From the NCBI GenBank assembly GCA_902514875.1, contig CABXSY010000003.1, forward strand, positions 31,139-95,138: DNA of 64,000 nt. The letters are read 5' to 3'. How positions within the stretch are numbered: position 1 is the first letter of the stretch; each line of letters starts with the position of its first letter. Below are positions 6,581-17,266 of this stretch, piece after piece. The DNA comes from an uncultured Alphaproteobacteria bacterium. GTDB taxonomy: Bacteria; Pseudomonadota; Alphaproteobacteria; HIMB59; GCA-002718135. Below the pieces are notes generated by a model. The model did no database searches, had not been told where the DNA came from, and saw only the letters and a program-made list of their open reading frames with translations. The position numbers and the translations under genes are program-made.

Positions 6581-8638
6581 ATGGACAAGGTAATAAAAGT
6601 TATAAATCTATCAAAAATAGCAATAATACTTGCTCTTGGGCTATTTAGCACAGCTGGATACTCCTTATCTTCAGATTGGGCAATTAGTGAAAAATCAAAA
6701 GTTAGATTAATTTCACCAATGACCGCATCAAATAATAACAACCAATTAATTTTAGCATTAGAATATGAACTAGAAGAGGAATGGAAAACCTATTGGAAAT
6801 CTCCTGGAGGAGGAGGTTTTCCTCAAAAAATTATATGGAATAATTCTTCGAATGTTAAAGATATAAAAATACTATGGCCAGAGCCAATAGAATTTGAAAT
6901 ACTAGGTTTAAAATCGATTGGATATAAAGATAAAGTTATCTTTCCTTTGATTGTAGATCTTGAAGATAATCAAAAACAAACAAATTTAAATTTAAATATT
7001 AATTATTTAGTTTGTAGAGATGTTTGCATTCCAGGTAATGCGGATATATTTTTAAACTTACCATCTGGAGATGCCGCATATACAGACTATTTTTTTGAAA
7101 TTGAAAAAGTTTTATCTACTACTTTTAACAATAATATTGATTTTACACCTATTTCTAATTTCTCATTTAAGGCTATTGAAAATAATAATAACGTAATTTT
7201 TGATATAGAAATATCAACCACCTCTTTTTTTGATGATCCAAAAATTTTTATTCACACACCATTTGGACTACCTGTCGTAGAATCAATAAATAATTATTCC
7301 CTTGATTTCCAAAAATTGAACACCTCTCTAAATTATAGTGCCGATCAATTTAATGAAAAAAAATTTCCAATAGAAATATTTTTTTATGATAATAATCACA
7401 GCTTTAAAGTTGAAAAAGATGTAGAAATTGAAAATGTAGATAAAAATATTTCTATAAACAATAGTCTTGTATACTTACTCTTAATTTCGCTCTTAGGCGG
7501 GTTTATTTTGAATCTTATGCCATGTGTATTTCCAGTGTTATCGTTAAAATTATTATCTGTAATTAATACTGAAGATACAAAGATAAAAAGTAGTTTTTTT
7601 ATAACTGTATTGGGTATTATTACTTCTTTTCTAATACTTGGCTCATTCTTTGCTATTCTTAAACAAATTAACATTTCAATATCTTGGGGTATGCAATTTC
7701 AAGAACCTTACTTTTTAATGTTTATTTTAACTATTATATCAATATTCTTCTTGAATACACTTGGTCTTTTCGAAATAAATTTACCAAGTTTTTTATATTC
7801 ATCAAAAATTTTAAATTCAGGAAATAATTTTTATACAAAGAATTTTTTTAATGGTTTTTTTGCTACACTTCTTGCTACACCTTGTTCTGCACCTTATTTG
7901 GGTACAGCTGTAACGGCTGCTTTTACTCAATCAACAACTTATCTATTTTTAATATTCTGTTTTATGGGTATAGGAATGAGCATACCTTATTTGGTTATTG
8001 CTTTTTTTCCAGGCTTAATTTCCTTTTTACCTCGATCTGGAAAATGGATGATTTATTTTAAATATTTTTTATCTATTTTATTATTGATAACAATAGTTTG
8101 GCTATTAAGTGTATTAAATAACTATTTTAATTATTTTTTTGTAGTTACATTTACTCTTTTATTAGTCTTAATATCAGCAATTTTAAAATTTAAAATTTAC
8201 CAAACTCCATTGATTATTTCTTTAATAATTATTTTCTTTTTAACTCCATATTTAAATTTTTTTAAAAAAATCAATGAAGAAAATTATAAAAGTAATGATT
8301 GGTTAGATTTTAATTCCAAAAGTATTTCTGAAATAATAGCTAATAATGAAATTATTTTTTTAGATATAACGGCAGATTGGTGCATTACCTGTAAGTTTAA
8401 TAAAATTAATGTTTTAAACTCAGAAACAGTTTCAGACTTTTTTGATTCACAAGAAGTGATATTAATAAAAGCTGATTGGACAAAACCAAATGAAAAAATA
8501 AATAAATTTTTAAAAAAATATAATAAATTTGGAATACCTTTTAATGCATTTTATTCTTCAAAGTTTCCAGAAGGTATAGTAATGAATGAAATATTGACTG
8601 AGAAACAAATATTTGAAACCTATAATAAAGTTAAATAA
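6581..8638 (+). CDS. dsbD: Protein-disulfide reductase DsbD family (ScsB-like)
   Basis: WKTYWKSPG and CRDVC (alpha domain), NLMPCVFP and ATPCSAP (membrane domain), WCITC thioredoxin domain. Confidence 0.9.
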   Translation: MDKVIKVINLSKIAIILALGLFSTAGYSLSSDWAISEKSKVRLISPMTASNNNNQLILALEYELEEEWKTYWKSPGGGGFPQKIIWNNSSNVKDIKILWPEPIEFEILGLKSIGYKDKVIFPLIVDLEDNQKQTNLNLNINYLVCRDVCIPGNADIFLNLPSGDAAYTDYFFEIEKVLSTTFNNNIDFTPISNFSFKAIENNNNVIFDIEISTTSFFDDPKIFIHTPFGLPVVESINNYSLDFQKLNTSLNYSADQFNEKKFPIEIFFYDNNHSFKVEKDVEIENVDKNISINNSLVYLLLISLLGGFILNLMPCVFPVLSLKLLSVINTEDTKIKSSFFITVLGIITSFLILGSFFAILKQINISISWGMQFQEPYFLMFILTIISIFFLNTLGLFEINLPSFLYSSKILNSGNNFYTKNFFNGFFATLLATPCSAPYLGTAVTAAFTQSTTYLFLIFCFMGIGMSIPYLVIAFFPGLISFLPRSGKWMIYFKYFLSILLLITIVWLLSVLNNYFNYFFVVTFTLLLVLISAILKFKIYQTPLIISLIIIFFLTPYLNFFKKINEENYKSNDWLDFNSKSISEIIANNEIIFLDITADWCITCKFNKINVLNSETVSDFFDSQEVILIKADWTKPNEKINKFLKKYNKFGIPFNAFYSSKFPEGIVMNEILTEKQIFETYNKVK

Positions 8639-8643
8639 AAAAC

Positions 8644-9108
8644 ATGGTTATTGATGATTTTAAAGTTCCTATCATTAAAAAAGGTATTTCATCTATATCT
8701 TCATTAAAAAATGAATTTATAAATAAAAAAATTATTCTATTTGGTGTTCCTGGTGCATTTACGCCAACTTGTTCTGAGAAACATCTTCCAAGTTACATTA
8801 AATTATATGATTCATTTATAGATAAAAAAATTGATGGCATTTACTGTCTATCTGTAAATGATGAACATGTGATGAAATCTTGGTTAGTGAGTTATACAGA
8901 TGGAGAAATAATCAATGGAATTGCAGATGGAAATGCTGAGATTACAAAGTATTTTGACTTGATATCTGATAAGACAAAAAATTATATGGGTTTTAGGTGT
9001 CGAAGGTTTGCGATGATAATTGAGAATAATGTGATTTTAAACAAATTTATTGAAAATGATGGCGAATATAATGTTAGTTCAGCAGAATATATTTTAGAAC
9101 AAATTTAA
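8644..9108 (+). CDS. Peroxiredoxin (Prx5/redoxin family)
   Basis: PGAFTPTCSEKHLP peroxidatic motif, SVND. Confidence 0.92.
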   Translation: MVIDDFKVPIIKKGISSISSLKNEFINKKIILFGVPGAFTPTCSEKHLPSYIKLYDSFIDKKIDGIYCLSVNDEHVMKSWLVSYTDGEIINGIADGNAEITKYFDLISDKTKNYMGFRCRRFAMIIENNVILNKFIENDGEYNVSSAEYILEQI

Positions 9109-9845
9109 TGAATAAAATTAATTTAGAAAATAGAGTCGCAATTGTCACTGGTGGGGCCCAAGGGTTTGGGTTAGCAATTACAAAAAGATTTATAGAGTCA
9201 GGTGCAAGAGTATTAATATGGGACAAAGATATAGAATATTTAAATAAAGTTGATTTAAAAAATACTCAAAAAATCGAAGTTGATGTGTCAAATTATAAAA
9301 GTGTAGAGAAAGCTTTTGCCGAAAGTCTTAAGTATGAAAATAAAATTGATATTTTAGTAAATAATGCAGGAATAGCTGGACCAAACTTTAAGACATGGGA
9401 TTATCCACTTGAGGAATGGCAAAAAGTTATAGACATAGATTTAAGCGGAGTATTTTATTGCTGTAAAACTATAGTTCCTCATTTTATTAAACATAATTAT
9501 GGACGTATTGTTAATATCTCCTCGATAGCTGGTAAGGAAGGTAATCCAAATGCAATGCCTTATAGTGCAGCAAAAGCAGGAGTTATCGCTCTTACTAAAT
9601 CTTTAGGAAAAGAATTAGCTGAAAATAATATTTCAGTGAATTGTGTTACCCCTGCACCTGCTAAGACACGTATTTTTGATCAAATTACGCAAGAACATAT
9701 TGATTATATGTTATCAAAAATTCCTAGAAATAGATTTGTGTTAGTTGAAGAACTAGCTTCTTTAGTTGCATGGATGTCTTCCGAAGAAAATTCTTATACC
9801 ACAGGATCAACTTTTGATTTGAGTGGAGGGCGAGCTACCTATTAA
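9108..9845 (+). CDS. SDR oxidoreductase, 2-keto-3-deoxy-L-rhamnonate dehydrogenase (LRA5)-like
   Basis: TGGAQGFG, NNAG, YSAAK; AGKEGNPNA and C-terminal FDLSGGRATY typical of the LRA5 subgroup. Confidence 0.75.
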   Translation: MNKINLENRVAIVTGGAQGFGLAITKRFIESGARVLIWDKDIEYLNKVDLKNTQKIEVDVSNYKSVEKAFAESLKYENKIDILVNNAGIAGPNFKTWDYPLEEWQKVIDIDLSGVFYCCKTIVPHFIKHNYGRIVNISSIAGKEGNPNAMPYSAAKAGVIALTKSLGKELAENNISVNCVTPAPAKTRIFDQITQEHIDYMLSKIPRNRFVLVEELASLVAWMSSEENSYTTGSTFDLSGGRATY

Positions 9846-10819
9846 TTTTTTCTTCTTTGTATAAGAGCGTAAACTGTAACGGCAACCGTAATCATGAGCC
9901 CATTGATAAATTTTACATAAAAACCAGATAAGCCTAGAGCAACTATGCCCGATTCCAATGAACCAATAATTAATACTCCAATAAAGGTTCCAAAAATAGT
10001 ACCTTTACCACCAAAGACAGAAGTACCTCCAACAAATACAGCAGCTAATGTCGTTAACATTAAACCCTCACCTTGTGTAGGCCAGAAATATAACATTTCA
10101 TACATAGTAAAAATTCCTGCTAAAGCTGAGAAAAATCCTAACTGAACAAACGCAATAATTTTTACATTATCAACATTAATCCCCATCATTTGAGCACTGG
10201 CTTTATTGTCACCTACAAAGTGGATGTGATTTCCAAATTTATGGTATCGATAAACCCATTGCATTAATCCAGTTAATACAATGAACCAAATAAATTGCAT
10301 TGGAATTTTTCCAAATAATTTTTCAACAAATATCATATGATGCCATGTATCATCTGCTACATCTACGATTGCGATACCACTACCTTGGGAAATGACATTA
10401 ACTAGTCCACGCCAAAAAAATAATGTTCCTATGGTGGCAACTATCGAAGGTATACCAATTTTGGTAACAAGTAGCCCGTTAACTAAACCAGCAAACATTC
10501 CAAGTGAAGTTGCTAATATAAAAGCAATAAAAACATTACCATCTGTTGAAGTCATAACCATTCCAAATATGAGTGAGGTAATCCCAACTATAGATGGAAA
10601 TGATAAGTCTATTTCACCAAGCGTTACAACAAATGTTGCTGAAATGGCAATAATTCCAAAAAATGGCATTGATTGCATAAAAGCTCGATAAATAGGAAAT
10701 CTTGTAAATACATGAGGTGCGCCCAAGAAATAAATTAAGAATAGTACAAGGGCAATAATAGTTATACTTATCTCAAGCTTATGGGTTTTTACAAAATAAC
10801 TATTTAATATACTACTCAT
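9842..10819 (-). CDS. Sugar ABC transporter permease (RbsC/CUT2 family)
   Basis: GEIDLSF, IPSIVATIG, GDNKASAQMMGIN, AAVFVGGTS-GGKG motifs. Confidence 0.92.
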   Translation of the reverse strand: MSSILNSYFVKTHKLEISITIIALVLFLIYFLGAPHVFTRFPIYRAFMQSMPFFGIIAISATFVVTLGEIDLSFPSIVGITSLIFGMVMTSTDGNVFIAFILATSLGMFAGLVNGLLVTKIGIPSIVATIGTLFFWRGLVNVISQGSGIAIVDVADDTWHHMIFVEKLFGKIPMQFIWFIVLTGLMQWVYRYHKFGNHIHFVGDNKASAQMMGINVDNVKIIAFVQLGFFSALAGIFTMYEMLYFWPTQGEGLMLTTLAAVFVGGTSVFGGKGTIFGTFIGVLIIGSLESGIVALGLSGFYVKFINGLMITVAVTVYALIQRRKN

Positions 10820-11587
10820 TTACTCTTCGACTTTTATTTTTCCAGATTCATGGAGTTGAATCATTTTTTGTACAAGTTCTTCTCTAGAGATATCTTCTTT
10901 ATTAAATTCTCCAACAACTTCACCTCTATCTAAAATAATAAATCTATCTGCAGCACCATATACATGAATTATATTATGATCGATAAAAATTGCTGATTTG
11001 TTTTCTTTTTTTAAACCTTTAACAAAATTAAGAACTTTTTCAGTTTCTTGAATAGATAAACCCATAGTTGGTTCATCTAGAACGATTAAATCAGAATTAA
11101 AATATAAGGATCTTCCAAATGCAACACCTTGTTTTTCTCCGCCAGATAACCCCATTACTTGAGAGTCAACTGTTATAGCTTTTGATGTAAATCCTATATA
11201 ATCACGAAGAATTTTCTCAGCTTCTTTTCTTTGTTTTTTTATATCTAAAAAACCAAATGAGTTTGTAATTTCTCTTCCCGCAAATATGTTTCTAAATAAT
11301 TCTTGTTGATCACACAATGCTCTTTCTTGATAAACTGCTTCAATTCCCATTTTTCTTGATTGAGCAACTGATTTAATTTTTACTTCTTCTTGTTTAAAAA
11401 AAACTTTTCCTGAGTTTGGACTATGAACTCCCGTTATGACTTTGATAAGTGTTGATTTTCCAGCTCCATTATCTCCTATTAAAGCAACAACTTCACCTTT
11501 ATTTATTTTAATATTTACATTTTTTAAAACTTTTACATTTCCAAAGTTTTTATAAATATTTTCTAATTTTAATAGTTCTTCTGTCAT
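10820..11587 (-). CDS. Sugar ABC transporter ATP-binding protein (single domain)
   Basis: GDNGAGKST Walker A, LSGGEKQ, LDEPT. Confidence 0.95.
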   Translation of the reverse strand: MTEELLKLENIYKNFGNVKVLKNVNIKINKGEVVALIGDNGAGKSTLIKVITGVHSPNSGKVFFKQEEVKIKSVAQSRKMGIEAVYQERALCDQQELFRNIFAGREITNSFGFLDIKKQRKEAEKILRDYIGFTSKAITVDSQVMGLSGGEKQGVAFGRSLYFNSDLIVLDEPTMGLSIQETEKVLNFVKGLKKENKSAIFIDHNIIHVYGAADRFIILDRGEVVGEFNKEDISREELVQKMIQLHESGKIKVEE

Positions 11588-11596
11588 AAAAAAATT

Positions 11597-11623
11597 AACC
11601 TGCCTTATAAAATAAGGCAGGTT
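11597..11623 (-). terminator. Stem-loop between the SBP and ATPase genes (partial terminator or mRNA stabiliser)
   Basis: AACCTGCCTTAT-AAA-ATAAGGCAGGTT followed on the minus strand by a T-run. Confidence 0.7.
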
Positions 11624-11637
11624 TTTAATATTTTAAT

Positions 11638-12618
11638 TTATCTGATTTGTACGGCTGCTAATGGAGCAACAGCTTCCACGTTACCAGCTGTAACAAATGC
11701 AGCACCAGTATCCATTGCTAATCCAGCCATTCCATATTTTGTACTTAGGAATAATTGAATAATTGGCATGTATCCCTGAATAAATGGTTGCTGATCAATT
11801 ACTACATCGATGTAACCAGAATTTATTCCATCAACAATTGGAGCTGATAAGTCGAATCCAGCACCACATACTTCTTCAGTACCGTGACCAGCAGCTTTCA
11901 TGTAAGTTGGTAAACTTGCAGTTAATCCACCATGATCAGTAATTGCCATTTTGATATCAGGATTTGCACTATATGTTGCAACATACATAGGAGTTCCCTG
12001 TGATGCATCTGAATTTACGTTATCAGGAATTTCTTGATAAACAACTTCTACACCAGCTGCTTCAACTCCAGCTATTGCACCTTTAGTTCTTTCTCCTCTA
12101 TTTGGCATACTTGCAAGACCCCAGATAAAAGCTTTATCTCCAGCTTGTAGACCACAAACTTCAACAGCTTTTTTACCTAGATTAAATCCAGCATCAAATA
12201 AATCTGCTCCTGCATAACCAAATCCTTCAGTTTTATACTCTGACTCAAGGTCAGGAAGAGGTGTGTTCATAGTAGTAATAACTATTCCCATTTCTCTAGC
12301 TTCTTGAATGATAGGTCTCATTGCAGCGTCACCTGGGAAACCATAGATAGCAATTCCATCAGGCTGTAAAGCAACAGCTTCTTTGAATTGTTTAATCATG
12401 ATTTCTGAATTCCATTGTGACCAGTAATAGTCTACATCACAACCAGTATGTTCAGCAGCAGCTACTGCACCATTATAAACAATAGTTCCAAATGGACCAC
12501 CTTCAGGTCCGCCTGGGAAAAATATAAATTTCTTATCACAGCTATAATCATTTTTTGCTACTGCTGAAGTAGATGCAAAAGCAAAAAATAGAGCAATGAT
12601 TGCAAAGATTTTTTTCAT
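11638..12618 (-). CDS. Sugar/cyclitol ABC transporter substrate-binding protein (periplasmic binding protein type I)
   Basis: Signal peptide; PDGIAI, AGFDL, IDQQPFIQGY motifs; RBS GGAGG. Confidence 0.9.
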   Translation of the reverse strand: MKKIFAIIALFFAFASTSAVAKNDYSCDKKFIFFPGGPEGGPFGTIVYNGAVAAAEHTGCDVDYYWSQWNSEIMIKQFKEAVALQPDGIAIYGFPGDAAMRPIIQEAREMGIVITTMNTPLPDLESEYKTEGFGYAGADLFDAGFNLGKKAVEVCGLQAGDKAFIWGLASMPNRGERTKGAIAGVEAAGVEVVYQEIPDNVNSDASQGTPMYVATYSANPDIKMAITDHGGLTASLPTYMKAAGHGTEEVCGAGFDLSAPIVDGINSGYIDVVIDQQPFIQGYMPIIQLFLSTKYGMAGLAMDTGAAFVTAGNVEAVAPLAAVQIR

Positions 12619-12808
12619 AATTCCTCCAAATAATTTATGACTCAGTTTATAAGTAAATAAATCAATAATACAATTAAATAAAAGTATTAGAGACTTTATT
12701 ATAAATTAAATTCAAGTTACCTTGAGTAGATAAAATAGTCGCACTTAATTACTAATTTATAGCAATTTTTATATTTATAAGATTATTAAAAAGTGTTATT
12801 TTTTAATT

Positions 12809-13795
12809 ATGGAAGTAGATTTAGGGAAATGGTATCGAGCAAATATAGATAAAAAAGAATTCAAGAAGTTATGCAAGAAATCTGATTGGCAGGGTTTTAA
12901 GCATATGATTATTTATTTTTCATCTCTATTTGTTTTTGGATATCTTGCATATGTCACATGGGGCACTTGGTGGTCTTTATTATTTTTTATAATATACGGA
13001 AATATTTGGGGATGTAGTGATGCTATTTGGCATGAAACTGGTCACAGAACAGCTTTTAAATCTAAATTCTGGAATGATTTCTTTTATTACATTGCAAGTT
13101 TCATGGATAATTTCGAGCCTATAAGATGGAGATATTCTCATTATCATCATCACACTTATACCCAATTTAATGATCCTGTGGATTTTGAAATACATGTAAA
13201 AAAACCAACTGATTTAATTGTATTTTTCTCACACTACATTCCGTTCTCCGGTTTTGTTTTTTTTAAAAATTCTCTTCAATGGGAAACTATAAAACATGCA
13301 TTTGGTGTGACTACTGATGTAATGAAAGTTTGTATTCCTGAAAACGAAAGATGGAAATGTAGATTATCCGCTTGGAGTCATCTCTCTATTTGGATTATAA
13401 GTATTGCTTCTTCAGTATACTTTCAAAGCTGGCTTCCAGTTCTATTCGTTTTATTACCTAATTTTTATGGAAAGACACTCGTAATGCTAATGGGCCTTAC
13501 TCAACACGCAGGACTTAGAGAAGATAAAAGAGATCACAGGTATACAACCAGAACAGTATATTTAAATCCAGTTTTAAGTTTTTTATATTGGCATATGGAA
13601 TATCATGTTGAGCACCATATGTTCCCTCAAGTTCCTTCACATAATTTACCTAAACTACATGCTATGATTAAAGATCAATTACCACCTGCTAGAAAAGGAC
13701 TTATAGGGGCTTACAAAGAAATTGTTCCAGCACTAATAAAACAAGCAAAAAATCCAGACTATCAAATCCCATTGTCAGTTCCAAGTAACGCCTAA
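12809..13795 (+). CDS. mocD: Membrane di-iron fatty acid desaturase-family oxygenase, MocD-like
   Basis: His boxes HETGH, HYHHH, TQHAGL, HVEHH; adjacent to reductase and Rieske ferredoxin as in mocDEF. Confidence 0.8.
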   Translation: MEVDLGKWYRANIDKKEFKKLCKKSDWQGFKHMIIYFSSLFVFGYLAYVTWGTWWSLLFFIIYGNIWGCSDAIWHETGHRTAFKSKFWNDFFYYIASFMDNFEPIRWRYSHYHHHTYTQFNDPVDFEIHVKKPTDLIVFFSHYIPFSGFVFFKNSLQWETIKHAFGVTTDVMKVCIPENERWKCRLSAWSHLSIWIISIASSVYFQSWLPVLFVLLPNFYGKTLVMLMGLTQHAGLREDKRDHRYTTRTVYLNPVLSFLYWHMEYHVEHHMFPQVPSHNLPKLHAMIKDQLPPARKGLIGAYKEIVPALIKQAKNPDYQIPLSVPSNA

Positions 13796-13800
13796 ATTAA

Positions 13801-15030
13801 ATGAAAAATAACATTATAATTTTAGGCGGCGGTCAAGCTGCAATCTATGCTGCTAGAGAGGTTAGAAAAAATGATACAGATTCAAATATAAAAATATTAA
13901 GTGAAGAAAATTTATTACCATATGAAAGACCTCCTTTATCTAAAGATTTTTTGTTAAATAAAAAAAATGAGGATGATCTTTATTTTCATTCTAGCGACGT
14001 ACTAAAAAATGAAAATATAGATTTTGAAAATGTATTAATTAATAAAGTTGATTTTGAAAATAAAAAACTTTTTACAAAAAATGATGATGTTTACTCTTAT
14101 AATAGCCTATTAATTTCAACAGGTTCTGAAAATAAAAAGCTTAGTCTAGATAAAAATTTAAATGATGATATTTATTATTTAAGAAATTTAGAAGAAGCCA
14201 AAACTATTAAAGAAAAAATTTCAAATAAAAATAAAATAACTATTATTGGAGGTGGTTTCATTGGCTTAGAAATAGCTTCATCTATATCTCAGCTTAAAAA
14301 AAAAGTAACAGTTATCGAAATCGGTAATCAACTCATGGGAAGAATTATACCTAAACAAATTGCTGACCTGGTTCAAAAAACTCACATAGAGCATGGTAAT
14401 GATATAATATTAAATAAACAGATAGAAAAAATAAGTAAAAAAAATGATATTTATGAAATTTTATTAAATGATAATTCTTTAATAGAAACAGAATTTATAA
14501 TTGCTGGTATAGGATCAACTCCTTCTATAAAATTATTTGAAAATACAAATTTAAAACTTGATAATGGTATAGTAACCAATCAATATTGTGAAACTTCCAT
14601 TAAAGATGTTTATGCAGCAGGTGACGTATCTAATTTTTATCATCCATTATATGAAAGAAATATAAGACTTGAGTCTTATCAACATGCACAAAATCATGGA
14701 ATTTGTGCTGGAAAAAATATTGCTGGAGTAAAAACAGAATACTCTTCAGTTCCTTGGATGTGGTCTGATCAATTTAATTTAAATCTTCAACTGACCGGTA
14801 TTTGTGATGATTATGATGAAATGGTTGAAAGAGGTAATAATATTAATAATGGTGTAATTTATTTTTTTCTAAAAAATAAAATAATAAAAGGCGCATGTGG
14901 TTTAGGAATTGTAGGAAAAGTGGGTCGTGACATTAGAATAACTTCTAAATTAAGTGAGAAAAATACCATAGTAGATACACAAATTCTCTCAGATGAAACT
15001 CAAAAATTAAATAAACTTATACAAAAATAA
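13801..15030 (+). CDS. mocF: FAD/NAD(P)H ferredoxin reductase (MocF-like)
   Basis: GGGQAA, YERPPLSK, GGGFIGLE, AAGD, PWMWSDQ. Confidence 0.88.
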   Translation: MKNNIIILGGGQAAIYAAREVRKNDTDSNIKILSEENLLPYERPPLSKDFLLNKKNEDDLYFHSSDVLKNENIDFENVLINKVDFENKKLFTKNDDVYSYNSLLISTGSENKKLSLDKNLNDDIYYLRNLEEAKTIKEKISNKNKITIIGGGFIGLEIASSISQLKKKVTVIEIGNQLMGRIIPKQIADLVQKTHIEHGNDIILNKQIEKISKKNDIYEILLNDNSLIETEFIIAGIGSTPSIKLFENTNLKLDNGIVTNQYCETSIKDVYAAGDVSNFYHPLYERNIRLESYQHAQNHGICAGKNIAGVKTEYSSVPWMWSDQFNLNLQLTGICDDYDEMVERGNNINNGVIYFFLKNKIIKGACGLGIVGKVGRDIRITSKLSEKNTIVDTQILSDETQKLNKLIQK

Positions 15031-15082
15031 TAATTTGATTATTTAATATTTATTTTCAGAAAATAGACATTATATACAAATT

Positions 15083-15400
15083 ATGTCTGAAGAAAATTGG
15101 ATAGAAGTAGGCTCAACAGATAGTATTGAAGAAGAAGATCTTATTAGATTTGATCATCAAGATAAAACTTTTTGCGTATACAGATTAACAGATGGTTTTT
15201 ATGCAACTGATGGGATGTGTACACATGAAACAGTACATCTTGAAGATGGCCTGGTTATGGATGATGAAATCGAATGTCCAATGCATCAAGGTATTTTTAA
15301 TATTAAGTCTGGAGAAGCATTAAGCCCACCAGCTTGTGAGGATTTAAAAACATACCCAGTTAAAGTTGATAATGATAAAATATTCATTAAGATAGATTAA
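15083..15400 (+). CDS. mocE: Rieske [2Fe-2S] ferredoxin (MocE family)
   Basis: CTHE...CPMHQG (CxH/CxxH). Confidence 0.9.
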   Translation: MSEENWIEVGSTDSIEEEDLIRFDHQDKTFCVYRLTDGFYATDGMCTHETVHLEDGLVMDDEIECPMHQGIFNIKSGEALSPPACEDLKTYPVKVDNDKIFIKID

Positions 15401-15419
15401 ATATTTTTTTGGAGATTTT

Positions 15420-16247
15420 ATGAGTAGAAAAAAACTTACAGTTTACGATTATTTGCAATGCAAAGGTAAAAGACAATTAAGTGTTATGTTTGTACACAAT
15501 GCTGACGAAGCTGCAGCAGCTGAAGAAGCAGGTATTGACATGATATGTACTTCGCATGATGCTCCACAATTTGGTATTTATAATTCTTTTGATGAGCTGA
15601 AAAGAATTCGTGAGGCTGCACCAACTTGCTTTATGCAGTCCGGAGGTGCAGTAAGAGTAGCTTCTGAGTATGAAGCAATGAAGCTTTCACACAAGTATTT
15701 AGATATAGGCGCAGATGTAATCTATGGAGGTAATTGGAGTTACAAATGGATTAGAGCATTAAGAGACGAATATGTACCAATTAATAGTCATGTTGGATTA
15801 GTTCCAGGAAATGCCACTTGGATTGGTGGATTTGTTGCTCAAGGCAAAACTGCTGATAAAGCAATTAGAATTTTAGAACATACCCTTGAGTTACAAGAAG
15901 CAGGAGCTATTGGAGTTGAGCTCGAAGTAGTTCCACCGAAAGTTGCTGAAGTGATTACAAAAAAAGTTAATATTATGACTCTCTCAATGGGAAGTGGCTC
16001 TGGATGTGACGGACAATATTTATTTGCTAATGATGTTCTGGGATATACTCAGGGAAAAATTCCAAGACATGCACGTATTTATAGAGATTTTAAAAAAGAA
16101 TTTGCAAAACTACAAACTGAAAGAGTTAATGCATTCAAAGAGTTTCATGATGATACAGTAAACAAAAAATTTAATGATCCTAAAATCACAGTTAATATCG
16201 ATGATGGTGAATTTGACAAATTTTTAAAGCTTTCAGAAAAATTTTGA
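15420..16247 (+). CDS. Divergent PanB-like (ketopantoate hydroxymethyltransferase family) protein 1
   Basis: HVGLVP..W.GGF..QGKT, LEVVP, MGSGSGCDGQ, D.LG, PRHA match the PanB C-terminal half; N-terminal GDS and D-x-PF motifs absent. Confidence 0.8.
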   Translation: MSRKKLTVYDYLQCKGKRQLSVMFVHNADEAAAAEEAGIDMICTSHDAPQFGIYNSFDELKRIREAAPTCFMQSGGAVRVASEYEAMKLSHKYLDIGADVIYGGNWSYKWIRALRDEYVPINSHVGLVPGNATWIGGFVAQGKTADKAIRILEHTLELQEAGAIGVELEVVPPKVAEVITKKVNIMTLSMGSGSGCDGQYLFANDVLGYTQGKIPRHARIYRDFKKEFAKLQTERVNAFKEFHDDTVNKKFNDPKITVNIDDGEFDKFLKLSEKF

Positions 16248-16250
16248 TCA

Positions 16251-17264
16251 ATGTTTGCAGGCGAAGTTGATTTAAATACTTGGTATAAACCAAAAATAGA
16301 TAAGAAAAAGTTAAAGGAACTTTCTAAGAGATCTGATTCAAAAGGTTTAATTGATATATCTGTATTTATTGTTGCTCTACTATTAAGCGGATATCTTTGT
16401 GTTGTAAGTTGGGGTACTTTTTGGTCAATTCCTGCTCTTCTACTTTATGGAAACATTTTCTATTGTAAAATCATTAGCATTCAACATGAAACAAATCACG
16501 AAACATATTTTAAAACAAGAGTGTTAAATAAATTTTTTTATCATATAACTTCTTTGCTTGGTGGTTTTGAAGCAGTTCGATGGAAGTGGAGTCATTTTCA
16601 TCACCATACCTACACAATTTTTACTCATGAGGAAGTATATGATTATGAAAATAATAGTCCTAAACCTACAGAACCTATTAGATTTCTTTTAAATTTTTTA
16701 CCTCTGGGTCCTTTAATTAATATTCAAAAAATAAGACATTTTACACATTTTGAAATAATCAAACATTCATTTGGAATAATTACTGCTGTTGTAAATATTA
16801 CTGTACCTGAAAAAGAGATAAAAAAAATTATTAATAGCTCAAGATTATATGTTGTTTTTTGGCTAATCATTATTGCATCCTCAATTCTTTTTAAAACCTG
16901 GTTGCCAATAATAATGTTAATTCTGCCTCCATTTTATGGAAATACTATTTTAATGATTTGTGGAATGACACAACATGCAGGATTAGCTGACAATGTTAAA
17001 GATCATAGAAAAAGTACAAGAACAGTAATCATGAATCCTTTTTTCAGTTTTTTGTATTCGAATATGGAATATCATATTGAGCATCACATCTTTCCAAAAA
17101 TTCCTTGTCATAACCTCAAAGCTTTTCACCAAGTAGTTAAAGATCAAATGCCAACTCCAAGAAAAGGTGTAATAAATGCTTACAAAGAAATTATTCCTGC
17201 TATTTTTAAACAAGCAAAAGATAAAAATTATTATTTGAATGTTGAGGTACCAAGTACTAACTAG
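16251..17264 (+). CDS. Membrane di-iron fatty acid desaturase-family oxygenase, MocD-like paralogue 2
   Basis: HETNH, HFHHH, TQHAGL, HIEHH; colinear with 12809-13795. Confidence 0.82.
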   Translation: MFAGEVDLNTWYKPKIDKKKLKELSKRSDSKGLIDISVFIVALLLSGYLCVVSWGTFWSIPALLLYGNIFYCKIISIQHETNHETYFKTRVLNKFFYHITSLLGGFEAVRWKWSHFHHHTYTIFTHEEVYDYENNSPKPTEPIRFLLNFLPLGPLINIQKIRHFTHFEIIKHSFGIITAVVNITVPEKEIKKIINSSRLYVVFWLIIIASSILFKTWLPIIMLILPPFYGNTILMICGMTQHAGLADNVKDHRKSTRTVIMNPFFSFLYSNMEYHIEHHIFPKIPCHNLKAFHQVVKDQMPTPRKGVINAYKEIIPAIFKQAKDKNYYLNVEVPSTN

Positions 17265-17266
17265 TT

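Noticed and set aside
12809-17264. Lipid fatty-acid desaturation role for the two desaturase-family genes
   Set aside because: Context (Rieske ferredoxin, reductase, sugar transporter, sugar-acid enzymes) and the TQHAGL motif fit MocD-like oxygenases better; not excluded experimentally
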